The translations under genes and the position numbers were made by a program. A stretch of 62,939 nt of DNA, the filler included, from Neolecta irregularis DAH-3 (Eukaryota): NCBI GenBank assembly GCA_001929475.1. It is 4 parts of 4 records of this genome, joined end to end, with 100 filler letters (N's around TTAATTAATTAA, not from the genome) between each part and the next. Parts side by side here need not be neighbours in the genome. Positions count along the whole stretch, not along the records: positions 1 to 24,559 come from LXFE01004366.1; 3 more parts are not named here. One strand, given 5' to 3'. The notes under the pieces are model-generated. The model was not told the DNA's origin and ran no database searches. It was given only the letters and a program-made list of their open reading frames with translations. Shown here piece after piece: positions 1 through 12,059 of the stretch. Numbering within the stretch: position 1 is the first letter of the stretch; every line of letters begins with the position of its first letter.

Positions 1-55
1 CCGCAAAACCCATAACCGCCAGACTTGCAAGTGGAACTGAATGAATATTCGCAGC

Positions 56-1568
56 ATGGCTCTCCGCTCTGCCTGCCGCTGCCTGTCACTACCCTCTGCC
101 GCCTCCTGGCCTCGGCTGCTTTCCACTCGCCTATCCCGCAGCTATGCCTCCAATTGTGCCGTTCTCGCAATGCTTCTCTGACTGCAAGCTTTCCCCAAGC
201 ACCAAATCATCAGCATGCCCGCCCTCTCTCCCACAATGACCCACGGCGGCATCGGCTCCTGGTCAAAGAAAGAAGGCGACCAGATCGCCCCAGGCGACGT
301 CCTCGTCGAGATCGAAACAGACAAGGCCCAAATGGACTTTGAGTTTCAGGACGACGGCTATATTGCAAAGATCCTGGCAGAGACAGGCACCAAGGATGTC
401 CCAATCAACCAGGTATGCGTCTTTTGTCGCAGGTTTAATTACACAGCCAATCGCTGTCCTAGTTGATTCAGAAAGCGACGTCGAAGCATTCAAGAATTTT
501 ACCGTCCAAGACGCTCAAACTGCACCCTCTCAAGAAATGGAACAACCTCGGCAGGATACAAAAGAGGAAAATCCCCTCCAACCCGAACCAGCCAAGACCG
601 AAACAGAAGAAGAGCACCCTGCATCCTCTGAACCACCCTCACATCGAATCGCTGCTTCTCCAATCGCCAGAAAACTGGCCTCTGAAAAAGGTATCCCTCT
701 AAAAGAGGTAATAGGTTCAGGTCCAAACGGCAGAATCATAAAATTCGATATCGAAAATTACAAACTAAAAGCTGAAGCACCAAGCTCAGTCCTCTCGTCA
801 TCTTCCTACACAGATATCCCCTTGTCCAACATGCGCAAAACAATTGCAAAGAGATTAACCGAGTCAAAACAGCAAAATCCCCATTACTACCTCACACTTT
901 CAGTCTCAATGGACAAAGTCCTGAAACTCCGCGAGAGCTTAAATTCCACCTCGAATGATTCATACAAACTCAGCGTCAACGATTTTCTCGTAAAAGCCGC
1001 TTCAGTGGCTTGTAAAAAAGTCCCCGCTGTGAATTCTGCTTGGCACACAGACTATATCCGACAGTACTCAAACGTGGACATCTGTGTTGCAGTAGCTACA
1101 CCCGCTGGCCTCATGACCCCCATCGTCAAAAATGTCGAGACAAAAGGCCTTGCTACAATCTCTAGCGAAATCAAGGATCTCGGGAAGCGGGCTCGTGAAT
1201 CAATGTTGAAGCCAGACGAATATCAAGGTGGAACTTTTACCATCTCAAATATGGGAATGTTTGACATCGATCAATTTACCGCGATCGTATATCACCTGTT
1301 ATTTATATTTGCTCAGCCTAGATTAATCCCCCGCAAGCTGCAATTCTTGCTGTCGGTAGTACAAAACCAAAAGTCGTGCTAGATGATTTCTCGGAAAAGG
1401 GATTCAAAGTTGAGCAAATGATGACGGTCACTCTGTCCTGTGACCATCGGTATGTTACATCATTACTTTGGTATTAACCACTTTAGGGTCGTCGATGGCG
1501 CTGTAGGTGCCGTGTGGATCAAGGCTTTCAAGGACATTCTTGAAAATCCATTACATTTATTGCTTTAG
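56..1568 (+). CDS. LAT1: Pyruvate dehydrogenase E2 (dihydrolipoamide acetyltransferase), mitochondrial; 4 introns (156-188, 413-446, 1287-1321, 1450-1486)
   Basis: Arg/Ser-rich presequence MALRSACR..., lipoyl domain MPALSPTM...EIETDKA, E3-binding ASPIARKLA, catalytic [11 protein letters not shown]...[12 protein letters not shown]...SCDHRVVDGA. Introns restore the frame. Confidence 0.95.
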
Positions 1569-1843
1569 CTTGTATGCTGGATCCTGTGGTTTTGCTTTCC
1601 ACTGAAGATAGATAGATCAGTTGTCTTTATTTCCCCAACCTTGATCTGTTGTAGTTCTCTGACAATTCTTGTATCTAGAAAGATGCAAAACCGAATTCGG
1701 TGGGAAATCTGGACAGTCTTAGAGTACAAATACCGCTAATATTTCGTAATTGGCCACTAAATAATACGTATTGGCGCCTCGACCAACCTTCAACTGGATT
1801 CCCCGAGATAACCCCTTGCATACACTTGTTCGCCGGCATAGAT

Positions 1844-4800
1844 ATGTCTGCCGAAGAGAGACAGTCTGATGAATTCGATGTATCGACCGGAGATATCGGA
1901 AGCGCATTTTCGACTCCTGTGGAGAACCCTCAAGATCTGACTACTCACGATCAACCCAATTCCAATCGACCTCAAGCCAAGAGCGAAAAACCTTCACTGC
2001 CAACGCATACTGAACGTATAGCTATTAAAAGTAGCAGCGAGACATATACCGACGATCCAAATAGTGACAAACATACATCGAAAACTACTAAACTTCATGG
2101 TCTTATTTCGACAACAGCAGGCTCACATCCCTCAACAGAGCATTTATCGGGACCTAGGAGTGATACAGACTCTGCCATTGTTGAAGATTCAGAGACGCCT
2201 GCAGAAAGTATAACTGGTTCAAACCATTCAGTGCAGATTGATGAACACGTCCACGTGGACAGCCAAGCCCCGCATATCTCCAGGTCTGCTTCACCAGTCA
2301 CTCAAGTTTCTCCAAAATCAGAAGCTTCTACCAACTCTACCACTTTGCCGAATCCTACTGAGCATCACCGTCAAGGCTCTTCGGTTTTGACAACTTTATC
2401 TACTTCCATTACACTTGACAACTCTGGTGCTTTGAGTTCTATGGTATTTGTAGTTCAAGCTCTTGAGTGTATCGAAAAGAATAAAGACACGAGAAGACGG
2501 ACACAGTTATATGATGCCGTGAGAAAGGCATTGGGTAATTATAAGTGAGAAGTTTCAATTAATAGCTCCAGGTCTGATACGAAAACAAAGCCTGCGATCT
2601 CCTTCCGCAAACACCGTTTTTGAACCTCTTCGCTTGGCTTGCGAATCTAATCAATCCTCGTTAATGAAACCCGCTCTCGACTGTATCGCAAAACTTGCAT
2701 CCTATGATTTCTTCGTGGATCCGCCTCCTCCCCCTCCTGCACCTCTGTCAAGCATTGTCCCAGTACAAAGAGCCGATACACCCACAACACCCATTTTGGA
2801 GCGCGTGGTGGATACCGTATGTGCGTGCTTTCAAGGAGAAGTTACGGATGATGCCGTTCAAGTTCAGATCATAAAGGCGCTTCTTGCTATTGTTTTGGTT
2901 GATCGCAAAGGATCTGCGTTGCATCAAGGTTCTTTACTGAGAGCCGTACGACAGACCTACAATATTTTTCTTCTAAGTCGAAATGCTACCAATCAACATA
3001 TAGCACAAGGCGCACTTACTCAGATAATCGATACGGTATTTGGACGTGTCAGGATCCAGAAGGAAAAGCACGAGGATATTTCAAACGTGGATTTGGAGAT
3101 TCCAGTATCTGGAACTGAGGAGGATATTGCAGACGCTGGTGAGGAGAAAACTGTTGGTTCTGAATTACCAGAAGGCAAAGCCACTGGATCGCGTCAAAAT
3201 AGAATGACATTGCATGCATCATCTGCCTTTATTACTGATCAGTAGGAATTCTTTTGAAGGACGGAAATCTTTTGATGGGGTGTCTACTGCAAGATCAGCT
3301 TCAAGCGACGATGAACAAGATCTCGTTGTTAAAGACGCATTTCTTGTATTTCGCTCCATGTGCAAACTTTCTCTCCACTCACTAACACCGGAAAGGTATT
3401 CAATATTTTGTCTGTCTTTGCTGACAGCGTTAGTGCTGCCGATCCAAAGTCTCATGCAATGCGTTCAAAAATATTGTCTCTCTCAACGATCCACAGTATC
3501 CTCAGTTCTCATATCTCTATTTTTACCGACCCACGCGTGCTAATTCGGTCCTCATCAAGTCAAGAGAAGACAACATTTATGCAGGCTAGTAAACAATACA
3601 TATGTCTTAGCTTGTCTCGGAATTCTGTCAGCCATGTCCAACAGGTTTTTGAAATTAGTTGCAACATTTACACAATATTCGTCACTCGACTACGGAACGT
3701 CCTCAAGGTTCTTTTTAAAATTCGTTTATTTGCTGATTCCTTTTAGAAAGAAATCGAAGTGTTTACCCGTGAGATCTTTTTGCCAATCCTGGAAATGAGA
3801 ACTTCGTCATGGCAACAAAAACAATATCTTCTGAGCGTGTTTACAGACATTTGTAGAGATCCTCGCGCGTTGGTAGAAATATATTTAAACTACGATTGCG
3901 ACCGCTCAACTTTGGACAATGTTTATGAAAGGTAGAACTGATTGATGGCTGCTTGTACTAATTGCAGAATTATGAATGTGCTGTCAAAGATCTCTGCTAC
4001 AGTAGTAAACTCCCGATCACAGCAGCAGTCACAATCCGAGCAATACAAACATGCTGGCCAATCTGATTCACTACCCTCTAGTGTCGCTTTAGATACTAGT
4101 GGAGCTGTGCTACCAGTAGAATATCATCTTAGACGCCAGGCATTGGAATGTATAGTTGCAGTCCTTCGTTCGCTTGTTGAATGGTCTGAGACAGGAATGG
4201 CAGCCGCCATAGCGATCAATCTAGATGGAAGTGAAAGATTGAGTGGCGATACCCGATCCGAAGACTTGGAAGCACGTAGGAGTTCTGGAACGCAGTTGTC
4301 TACTGGTACGAGAACACCCAGTTCAACCTCTTTTTTTGCAACAAATTCTGCCAACGAATCCAAAAATGGCGTTCTTACGCTAGTGGACGATCCTACACAA
4401 TTTGAGACTCAGAAACATTTCAAGAACGCTCTTCTCGACGGTATACGATCATTCAACTACAAACCAAAGCGTGGCATTGCTTTACTCATTAAGCAAGGCT
4501 TTGTCAAATCCGATTCACCTAATGATATTGCACATTTTCTGCTCACAACCGAGGGTCTCAGTAAAGCAGTCATTGGAAATTATCTCGGTGAACCAGATCA
4601 AGCGAATATTGCCACAATGCATGCCTTTGTTGACCTGCAAGATTTTTCAAACCTGGATTTCGTGCCTGCACTGCGGAGATTTCTGCAAGCTTTTCGTTTA
4701 CCGGGAGAAGCCCAAAAGATTGATCGATTCCTGCTCAAGTTCGCAGGCAGATATGTTGAACAGAATCCAAAGGAATTTTCCAACGCAGACGCCGCTTACG

Positions 4801-7800
4801 TTTTGGCGTATTCTGTAACAATGTTAAACACGGATGCACATAATCCCCAAGTAAAAAAGCGCATGACGAAACCCGAATTTATCAAAAATAATCGCGGTAT
4901 AAATGATGGCGGGGATTTGCCACAGGAAATGCTCAGTGCTGTATACAATGACATTCAACAGAATGAGATTGTCATGCAAGAAGAACAAACTGCAGCTATA
5001 CTTGCTGGTGCAATGAATGTCACTCGGTCAGGAATTGCCGCAGGAATTGGTAATGCACTGGCATCTGTTGGTCGAGATATGCAACGGGAAGCATATGTCC
5101 TCGCTTCGGAAGAAATGGCGAACAAGACAGAGGTATAGCCATCACAGAATTTAGTGCTAACCATCAGGCCCTGTTCAGGAATATTATTAAAACACAACGC
5201 AAGTCTGGGCTCTCTGAATCAATCTTTTATAGCGCGACCCATTTTGAACACGCAGGTCCGATGTTTGAGGCAGCGTGGATGCCATTTCTTGCAGCGTTAT
5301 CAGGCACTGTTCAAGATTCCAATGATGTTGATAATATTAGAGCATGTATGGATGGCTTTCGACTCTCCATTCGAATCAGTAGCTTATTTGGGCTTGATCT
5401 TGCTCGTCGTGCATTTGTTGGTGCTTTGGCAAAGTTCACATTCTTGTCGAATTTGAGCGAGATGAAACTGAAGAACGTAGAAGCCATCAAGACTTTGCTG
5501 AGTGTTGGATTTTCCGAGGGAAACCGGCTGCGCGACTCATGGAAAGAAATTTTGACTTGTGTCAGTCGCCTGGAAAGACTGCAGTTAATCACGTCTGGGA
5601 TTGACGAAAATGCAGTGCCGGATTCTGCCTTGAGGCCTCAGATTATGTATGTTACTCGATCTGCACTGTTGACATTGAGTCGATCCTCATCCGAAACAAC
5701 GCGGTCATTCACTTCTCTTCATCTCAAGCCCAAGACTTTCACATCAGGACAATTTGCTAGAGAAGTCGCCGATCTGACTCAGTCGCGAGAGATCTTGCAC
5801 CTGACTGATAAAATATTCACAAAGAGTGCTGAGCTTTCAGGAGAAGCAATTGTCGACTTCGTTCGAGCCCTAAGCGAAGTGTCATGGGGAGAAATTCAAT
5901 CATCAGGTCTCGGCGAGCATCCTCGCATGTACAGCCTGCAGAAGGTTGTCGAAGTATCGTACTACAACATGGATCGAATCAGAATGGAGTGGTCCAACAT
6001 CTGGGTTATACTTGGAGAGCATTTCAACCGGGCAAAGCCTCTGTAGTCGATTTTACTGACATTCAGGTTGGTACTCATCCAAACACTGCAGTAGTCTATT
6101 TCGCCATGGACTCTCTTCGGCAGCTATCCATGCGGTTCCTGGAAATAGATGAATTGCCTTTTTTCAAATTCCAAAAGGATTTTTTAAAGCCTTTCGAATA
6201 TGTTATGTCTCATAACAGCGCAGTAACTGTCAAGGATATGGTATCTCGACGAGTTTTTACAGCCCTTTAATTGATATTCTAGATCCTGCGGTGTCTACAC
6301 CAAATGATTCAGACTCGAGGTCACCGGATCAAGTCTGGCTGGAGAACCATGTTTTGCGTCTTTGCTATTGCCTCTCGAGAGATTTATGGTTTATTCTCAG
6401 CCGGAAAACGTTAATTTTTAGAATCTGTCGTAAGCTTTGCTTTCGAAAATATCAAGACAATCAACAACGACTATTTTTTACAAATTTTCGCGCATGGTAG
6501 CTACCCAGATCTTGCCGTCTGCCTTACAGAACTTGCCAAGAATCAAAGGTTTCAGAAATTCAGCCTCCAAGCCCTTGAAATTTTGAAAGGGACTATACCA
6601 AACGTGCTTGCAAGATCCGAATGTCCTCTATACGAAAATTCTTCTCTCATAAAAAGCGATTCGGCAGATGCCGACCCGACTGTTCGATTTTGGTTTCCTG
6701 TTCTATTTGGATTTCATGATATTTTGATGACCGGTGATGATCTAGAAGTTCGCTCAAAGGCATTAACTTACTTGTTTGATACGATCACCAACTATGGAGA
6801 TGGCTTTTCCAACGATTTCTGGGACCTCGCTTGCCGACAATTACTTTTTCCTATTTTTAAGGTTCTCAAGTCACGATCAGAAGTGTCTCGATTTCACAAT
6901 GATGAGGATATGACCATTTGGCTTTCGACCACGATGATCCAGGCATTGCGAAATATGATTGCCCTTTTTACTCATTACTTTGCTCGTCTTCACCAACGGC
7001 TCGATGGATTTCTTGAACTGCTAGTTTCATGTATTTGTCAGGGTTTGCCACATGGTCATAAAGTTTCCATTGATATATAGAAAATGATACCTTAGCACGA
7101 ATAGGCAGTTCGTGCCTCCAGTCATTGATTTTAGAGAACGTGCATAAGCTTCAACCAGATCACTGGACTTTAATTACGAATGCATTTGTTAATCTTTTCG
7201 AAACAACAACTCCACGTGCATTATTTACCCAACAGAATGAGGTCGTTCAAACCCACTCTTCAGAGAATTCTCTGCGAATCAACGGTGCCGGTGTTGAACG
7301 AGAAGGAAACAACAACATTGATGACTCGAGACTCACTCAGCTCCAGTCACCTGCGGATTCTGATACTGTTTTTAGTAGAGAAGAGCCACATATTTCGCCA
7401 GCAAAACGAAAAGAATTTAAACAGACCATCGTGAAATGTGTTCTACAGCTTCTTATGATAGATACGCTATCGGAGTTGTTCTCAAGCCATGATGTTTATA
7501 ATTCTATTCCTTCTGCGCATATTCTCATTTTAATGGGAGAATTGAAGAAAAGTTATGAATTTGCGAAGACCTTCAACAATGACTTGGACCTGCGTAACCA
7601 CCTATTACGCATAGGTATTACTTTGTTTTTCTGTGTTGGCTTACTTCAAGGTTTCATGAAGCAATTGCCCAATCTCCTGCGTCAAGAGTCAAATAGCGCC
7701 GCCACTTATATCAACATTCTGATTAGAATGTACAACGATCCACAGGAAGACCGAATCGCGAGCAAGACTAGCGTTGAAGAAGCATTAATCCCGTATTAGA

Positions 7801-8139
7801 GCTGATTATTCCTTAACACTGACAAAAGTCTGTCTTTCGAAATCCTTCGAAATTTTAGCAAACTTAGTGCTGAATCACAGCAGCGGAATATCGCGGCCTG
7901 GGCTCCCGTTGTTGCTGAAATTCTTCAAGGAGTGGCCGAATTCTCAGAACAAGATGTATGTGCACCTGCGAATATCAAACATTAACTAAGTATAGTTTAA
8001 CAAGAGTTGCGATACATTCTATCCTCTGAGTACAGATTTAATCTTGATGGAGTTATCTTTACAAGTCCGGAGTTCATTACATGCTGTATTCAAGCGTATG
8101 GGATCTATGAGATTCAGCAATAAAAGTGCAATCAGTTGA
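1844..8139 (+). CDS. SEC7: Sec7/BIG family Arf guanine-nucleotide exchange factor; about 14 short introns
   Basis: DCB/HUS motifs (YLNYDCD), Sec7 domain FRLPGEAQKIDR...MLNTDAHNP, HDS motifs (YYNMDRIRMEWS, FKFQKDFLKPF). Spliced frame ends at TGA 8137-8139. Confidence 0.95.
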
Positions 8140-8444
8140 ATTCTCTTTGAGTTGTTCCTGAATTTTGGGGGTATGGAGTGTTGGGTATTACTTCATAATT
8201 ATTGGGAATTCTGAAAGAAGTATTTGAAAGATTACAATATAAGGAATCTTCAAATTTTGTTTATATTGTAAAGAGTTTATTACCTGAGGAATTTTTTCTA
8301 GAGTATTTGGTTAATGAAATACATGATTATTCTAAGGATTATAATTATTGATGCTTTTTGGAATATATATGTAAGTATGCTATGCATACTCACAACGTTC
8401 ACAGTGGTCAGCACACAGTGTCACGTGACCCGCNNNNNNNNNNT

Positions 8445-8605
8445 TCTGCCTGCCGCTGCCTGTCACTACCCTCTGCCGTCTCCTGGCCTCGGCTGCTTTC
8501 CACTCGCCTATCCCGCAGCTATGCCTCCAATTGTGCCGTTTCTCGCAATGCTTCTCTGACTGCAAGCTTTCCCCAAGCACCAAATCATCAGCATGCCCGC
8601 CCTCT
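8445..8605 (+). repeat. Near-identical copy of LAT1 5' region (68-227) between two 10-N gaps; probable allelic or misplaced contig
   Basis: Direct match to 68-227 with one C>T substitution and one extra T in intron 1. Confidence 0.9.
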
Positions 8606-8615
8606 NNNNNNNNNN

Positions 8616-8753
8616 ATCCGAGAGCAAGATTTCATGGTATAGGCTTGCGTCTTGGACCCAATCATTGGAAATCTCTTTAAAATACTCAAGATCTGATGCC
8701 ATGCAAGTCAGTGTACAAAGCGTGAGCAAACAGAAGAGTTTTGGAAAAATCAT
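8616..8753 (-). CDS. 5' fragment of a candidate small secreted protein, truncated by a gap
   Basis: MIFPKLFCLLTLCTLTCMA-SDLEYF looks like a signal peptide. TATATAAA lies on the minus strand at 8797-8804. The ORF runs into Ns. Confidence 0.35.
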
Positions 8754-9613
8754 GTTGGATAAGTCGAAACTAGGGCGGCCCGGATGGATTGAGGGGTTTA
8801 TATAGGAATTTGTATGAGTATGTGGCGGCCAACGGAGACACAGCTTCCGCAAACATATTGCCCAATCCGTCAGCAGTGTTCTCTGGCTGTTTGCAGGACG
8901 TTGATCAATTTCCAAATTCTTTCCGTATTATTTCCTATTTCCTATCCTGCCCCTACGTTTCACTGCTTCTAGATTCTCTTCACCTCTACTTCCACTTTCG
9001 TCATTTATCCTGCCTTTTTTATTTTATTTTTATTTCTCTTCATCCCCTTTGCTCGCACGATTACAGGAATGGGGTAGTGGGGCTGTTGCGAGGACTGCAA
9101 CGTTTCCCTTTCTCTTACTTCATAGTCTCAATTCTTCGATTTAGGTTTCACCCTCCGAGACAGTTCTGCCCCTGTTCCCTGCTCCATGTCTGTTTTACTT
9201 TGCTCCAGTATCAGGCTTGCAGGTTCTGTTTATATGTATCCCACTTGAAGCATGCATGGTGCTGCTAAGGTTTGCAAGTGTTTATAGGGTTTAATAGATT
9301 GTTGATGGGTAGCACGGTTATATAGGCTTTCACTGTCTTAGGTTGTCAAGACTTGGGAATGGAAATAGGCTAATATAGTGGGCTACCTAACACTGCAGAA
9401 GAGCAGCCCTTCTTATAGTCGCCAGCAGCAGGCTGGCAACATATGGAAAAGGTGCAACGAGAAAGAAGAGATAGCGGGAATAGACAATACAGAGCCCGAC
9501 CCGGGAGCGGCAGAAGGATGCAAAGCAGTTTACCAGCCTCCCTGGAAGTAGAGATAAATAGTTGACGGGAAATAAGAAAAGGAAATACCTGCCATCATCA
9601 TCCTGGTCTAGGA

Positions 9614-9635
9614 GGGAAGGGTTAGGGTGAGTGGG
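9614..9635 (+). promoter_or_regulatory. Canonical G-quadruplex motif just upstream of eIF3k
   Basis: GGG-AA-GGG-TTA-GGG-TGAGT-GGG, ending 38 nt before the ATG at 9673. Confidence 0.4.
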
Positions 9636-9672
9636 TGGAGCGGCTGCGAGTCGCGACAGCCCACCACCTTCC

Positions 9673-10475
9673 ATGGCCGCCCTGATCAGCGCATGGCCGC
9701 CCGCGCTGGCCACGGCGCCGCCGTGCAGACCCGCGCATATTGCGGAAATCCTCGCCGGCGTCGAGCGCTACAACCCCGACCGCGTCACCGATCTCGAGTC
9801 GTATCTCGAGGCGCAGTGCAAAGACGGCACCTACGACTGCCTCGCAAACCTCGCCCTGCTCAAACTGTGCGTCCCGCTGAAACAGCCCGCGCTAACAGCA
9901 GCAGCTACCAGTTCAACCCGGAAATCCGCTCCACAGAGTCTATCACGGACATCCTCGTAAAAGCCCTCGCCGCCTTTCCCCTCCCCGACTTCGCCCTCAG
10001 TCTCCACCTCCTCCCCCCCTCAGTCCTCCGCCCCAAAAACACAGACCCGCTCGCCGAAGCAGTCCAAAAGCTCTTCCAGGCATACGCTGCTCTAGAAGCA
10101 GCCGACTTTGCCTCGTTCTGGGAATTGGTCGACTCGGATGACTTGTACGCAGACCTCACCGCTGAAACAGCCGGCTTTGAAACAGAAATTAGAAAGTCCA
10201 TAGCAAGAGCCCTTGCTCAAAGCCACAAAGAAATCAGTAAATCGGTCTTGGAACTGTATTTAAATCTGTCCGGACAGGTCCTAGATGATCTTTGTGCCAA
10301 GTTTGGTTGGATCGTCAAAGGTGATCTTGTAGAGATTCCAGCCAATGCATATAATCAGCCAAAAAGTAGTCTCACTAGAGAAAATGTTAAATTTGAACGT
10401 GCGCTAATATTCTTTGCTTGTATGCTGACGTTAGAATTGTCTCGATTGCTTCAGAGAGCTGCCATGGCTGATTGA
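9673..10475 (+). CDS. eIF3k: Translation initiation factor eIF3 subunit k; introns 9867-9904 and 10399-10434
   Basis: GVERYNP...YDCLANLALLKLYQFNP...ILVKAL...PDFAL motif of the eIF3k PCI domain. Confidence 0.9.
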
Positions 10476-11133
10476 TATATAAAGTTTGAATACTATTTGT
10501 CTGATAAATGAAAAGATTTATCACACCTTATCACCCTTGTAATATGGCTGCATTTGCATGGTATCTTGGCTATCTGCATACATATTTTCTTTCTCCCACA
10601 TTTTGTTGAACAAGTCAGCCAATCTACAGTAAACAATAAAATCTTTTCCTTACTATCTTATATTTAGCTCCTTTATAATACCCATTAATGGTAAGTATAA
10701 CTAATCATTATTAAACTATATAAGAGTAAAGGGTATGATATTATTATTTACCCTACTATTTATAACTATCTACTTTGATCTTGAGTATACCTCGTGAACA
10801 AAATGACTGACCATTTGACAGGCTAGGGCGAAAAATATCGCCTTCACGTTGGAAGTGTCAAACTCATAGCTAAATTCTAGATTCTAGATTAAGAGAATAT
10901 GCCTTGTAGTCTCGGTAACGGTTGTGGGGTATAAGTACCATTTGTACACTTGATGGGAAGGATAAGAAGGGAGCTCTAATCAGTTCGAACTTGTAACGCT
11001 TCGAAAAAGCAGGTGGAGGGTTGATAATACAAAACAAGATAAATGGAGACGTCATTGCGCCATAATATCAATTTACGAACAAAGTTGCATCATCTCCCAG
11101 TACCTGCAATACAAACATCTTTGCTATTCCCCC

Positions 11134-11671
11134 TTATTGATGCAATCCCTTCTGCGCCTCCTCTACCATTGCCAAAAGTTGGTCATCATTTATTTTTTGT
11201 AGGTCGGAATTTCCTGTTGTATCAGAAGATAATTGAATCACTTCTATGATGTACCCCCAATATGAGCTTCCCCGATAAAGATATTGGGAACAGATCTCTG
11301 ATTCGTCTTTTCCGCAAGGAAATTTTGAATTGCATCCCCGTCGTCTAAAAGATGCATATTAGTATTCTTGCAGTAAACGGACTGAGATTATACCGATCTG
11401 ATCGAGGTCCATTACAAAGAATTGAATCTGCAAACTGGAAAGACGATCCTTAGTTGCCCTGCAATACGGACTGCATTTTAACTGGGGGCCCGCAAAGTGA
11501 GAACATACCAGTAGCTTTTTGAAAAAACCACAACCGAATTTTCAGTTATGATGCGATCGGTTTTAATCTAAAAAGATTAGCGATGGGTGGCAATATGGTT
11601 GGGCAAAGGACTTTGGTAGCATCCATTTGTAGTGGGGTAAGTGGAGAAGGGCGAGAAAGACTGAGTCCCAT
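11134..11671 (-). CDS. Dithiol glutaredoxin (CPYC) with 4 introns; catalytic exons absent from the ORF track; alternative in-frame starts at 11626 and 11728
   Basis: Spliced translation MGLSLSRPSPLTPLQMDATK|IKTDRIITENSVVVFSKSYC|PYCRATK...DLDQI|DDGDAIQNFLAEKTNQRSVPNIFIGEAHIG|GNSDLQK...LHQ*. Confidence 0.9.
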
Positions 11672-12059
11672 CCGCTGGTTTTTGAAAATACGGCGAACAC
11701 TACTCGTGTGCCGCAACAGAGACGTCATGACAAAAGTTTTGCAAAAAATGATATAAAATATGCTCATTTGAACGATCACCAAAATATCACGCCAAGCATC
11801 ATATATATATAGGTTAAACAGGTTCCTTGCCTATATATGTAAAATAGTTGTGCGTAGCCTAGAGGGAAGTTTGTGGAATCGGAGAAATTGTATTTCCCAA
11901 CCTGAAAGCGCAAACTCACCTACTCAGCACATCTACACACCAAATTCCATTTATTGAGCTATTTCGTAATACATCCCTGTTGCTTTGGGGAACTGTGCGG
12001 ATTTTTTTTGGATCTCGTAAAACGGCAATTCTCGAAGGATCAGTGGAGAGGGGTTCTCA

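Noticed and set aside
9619-9627. Telomere-like GGGTTAGGG
   Set aside because: A single unit, not an array.
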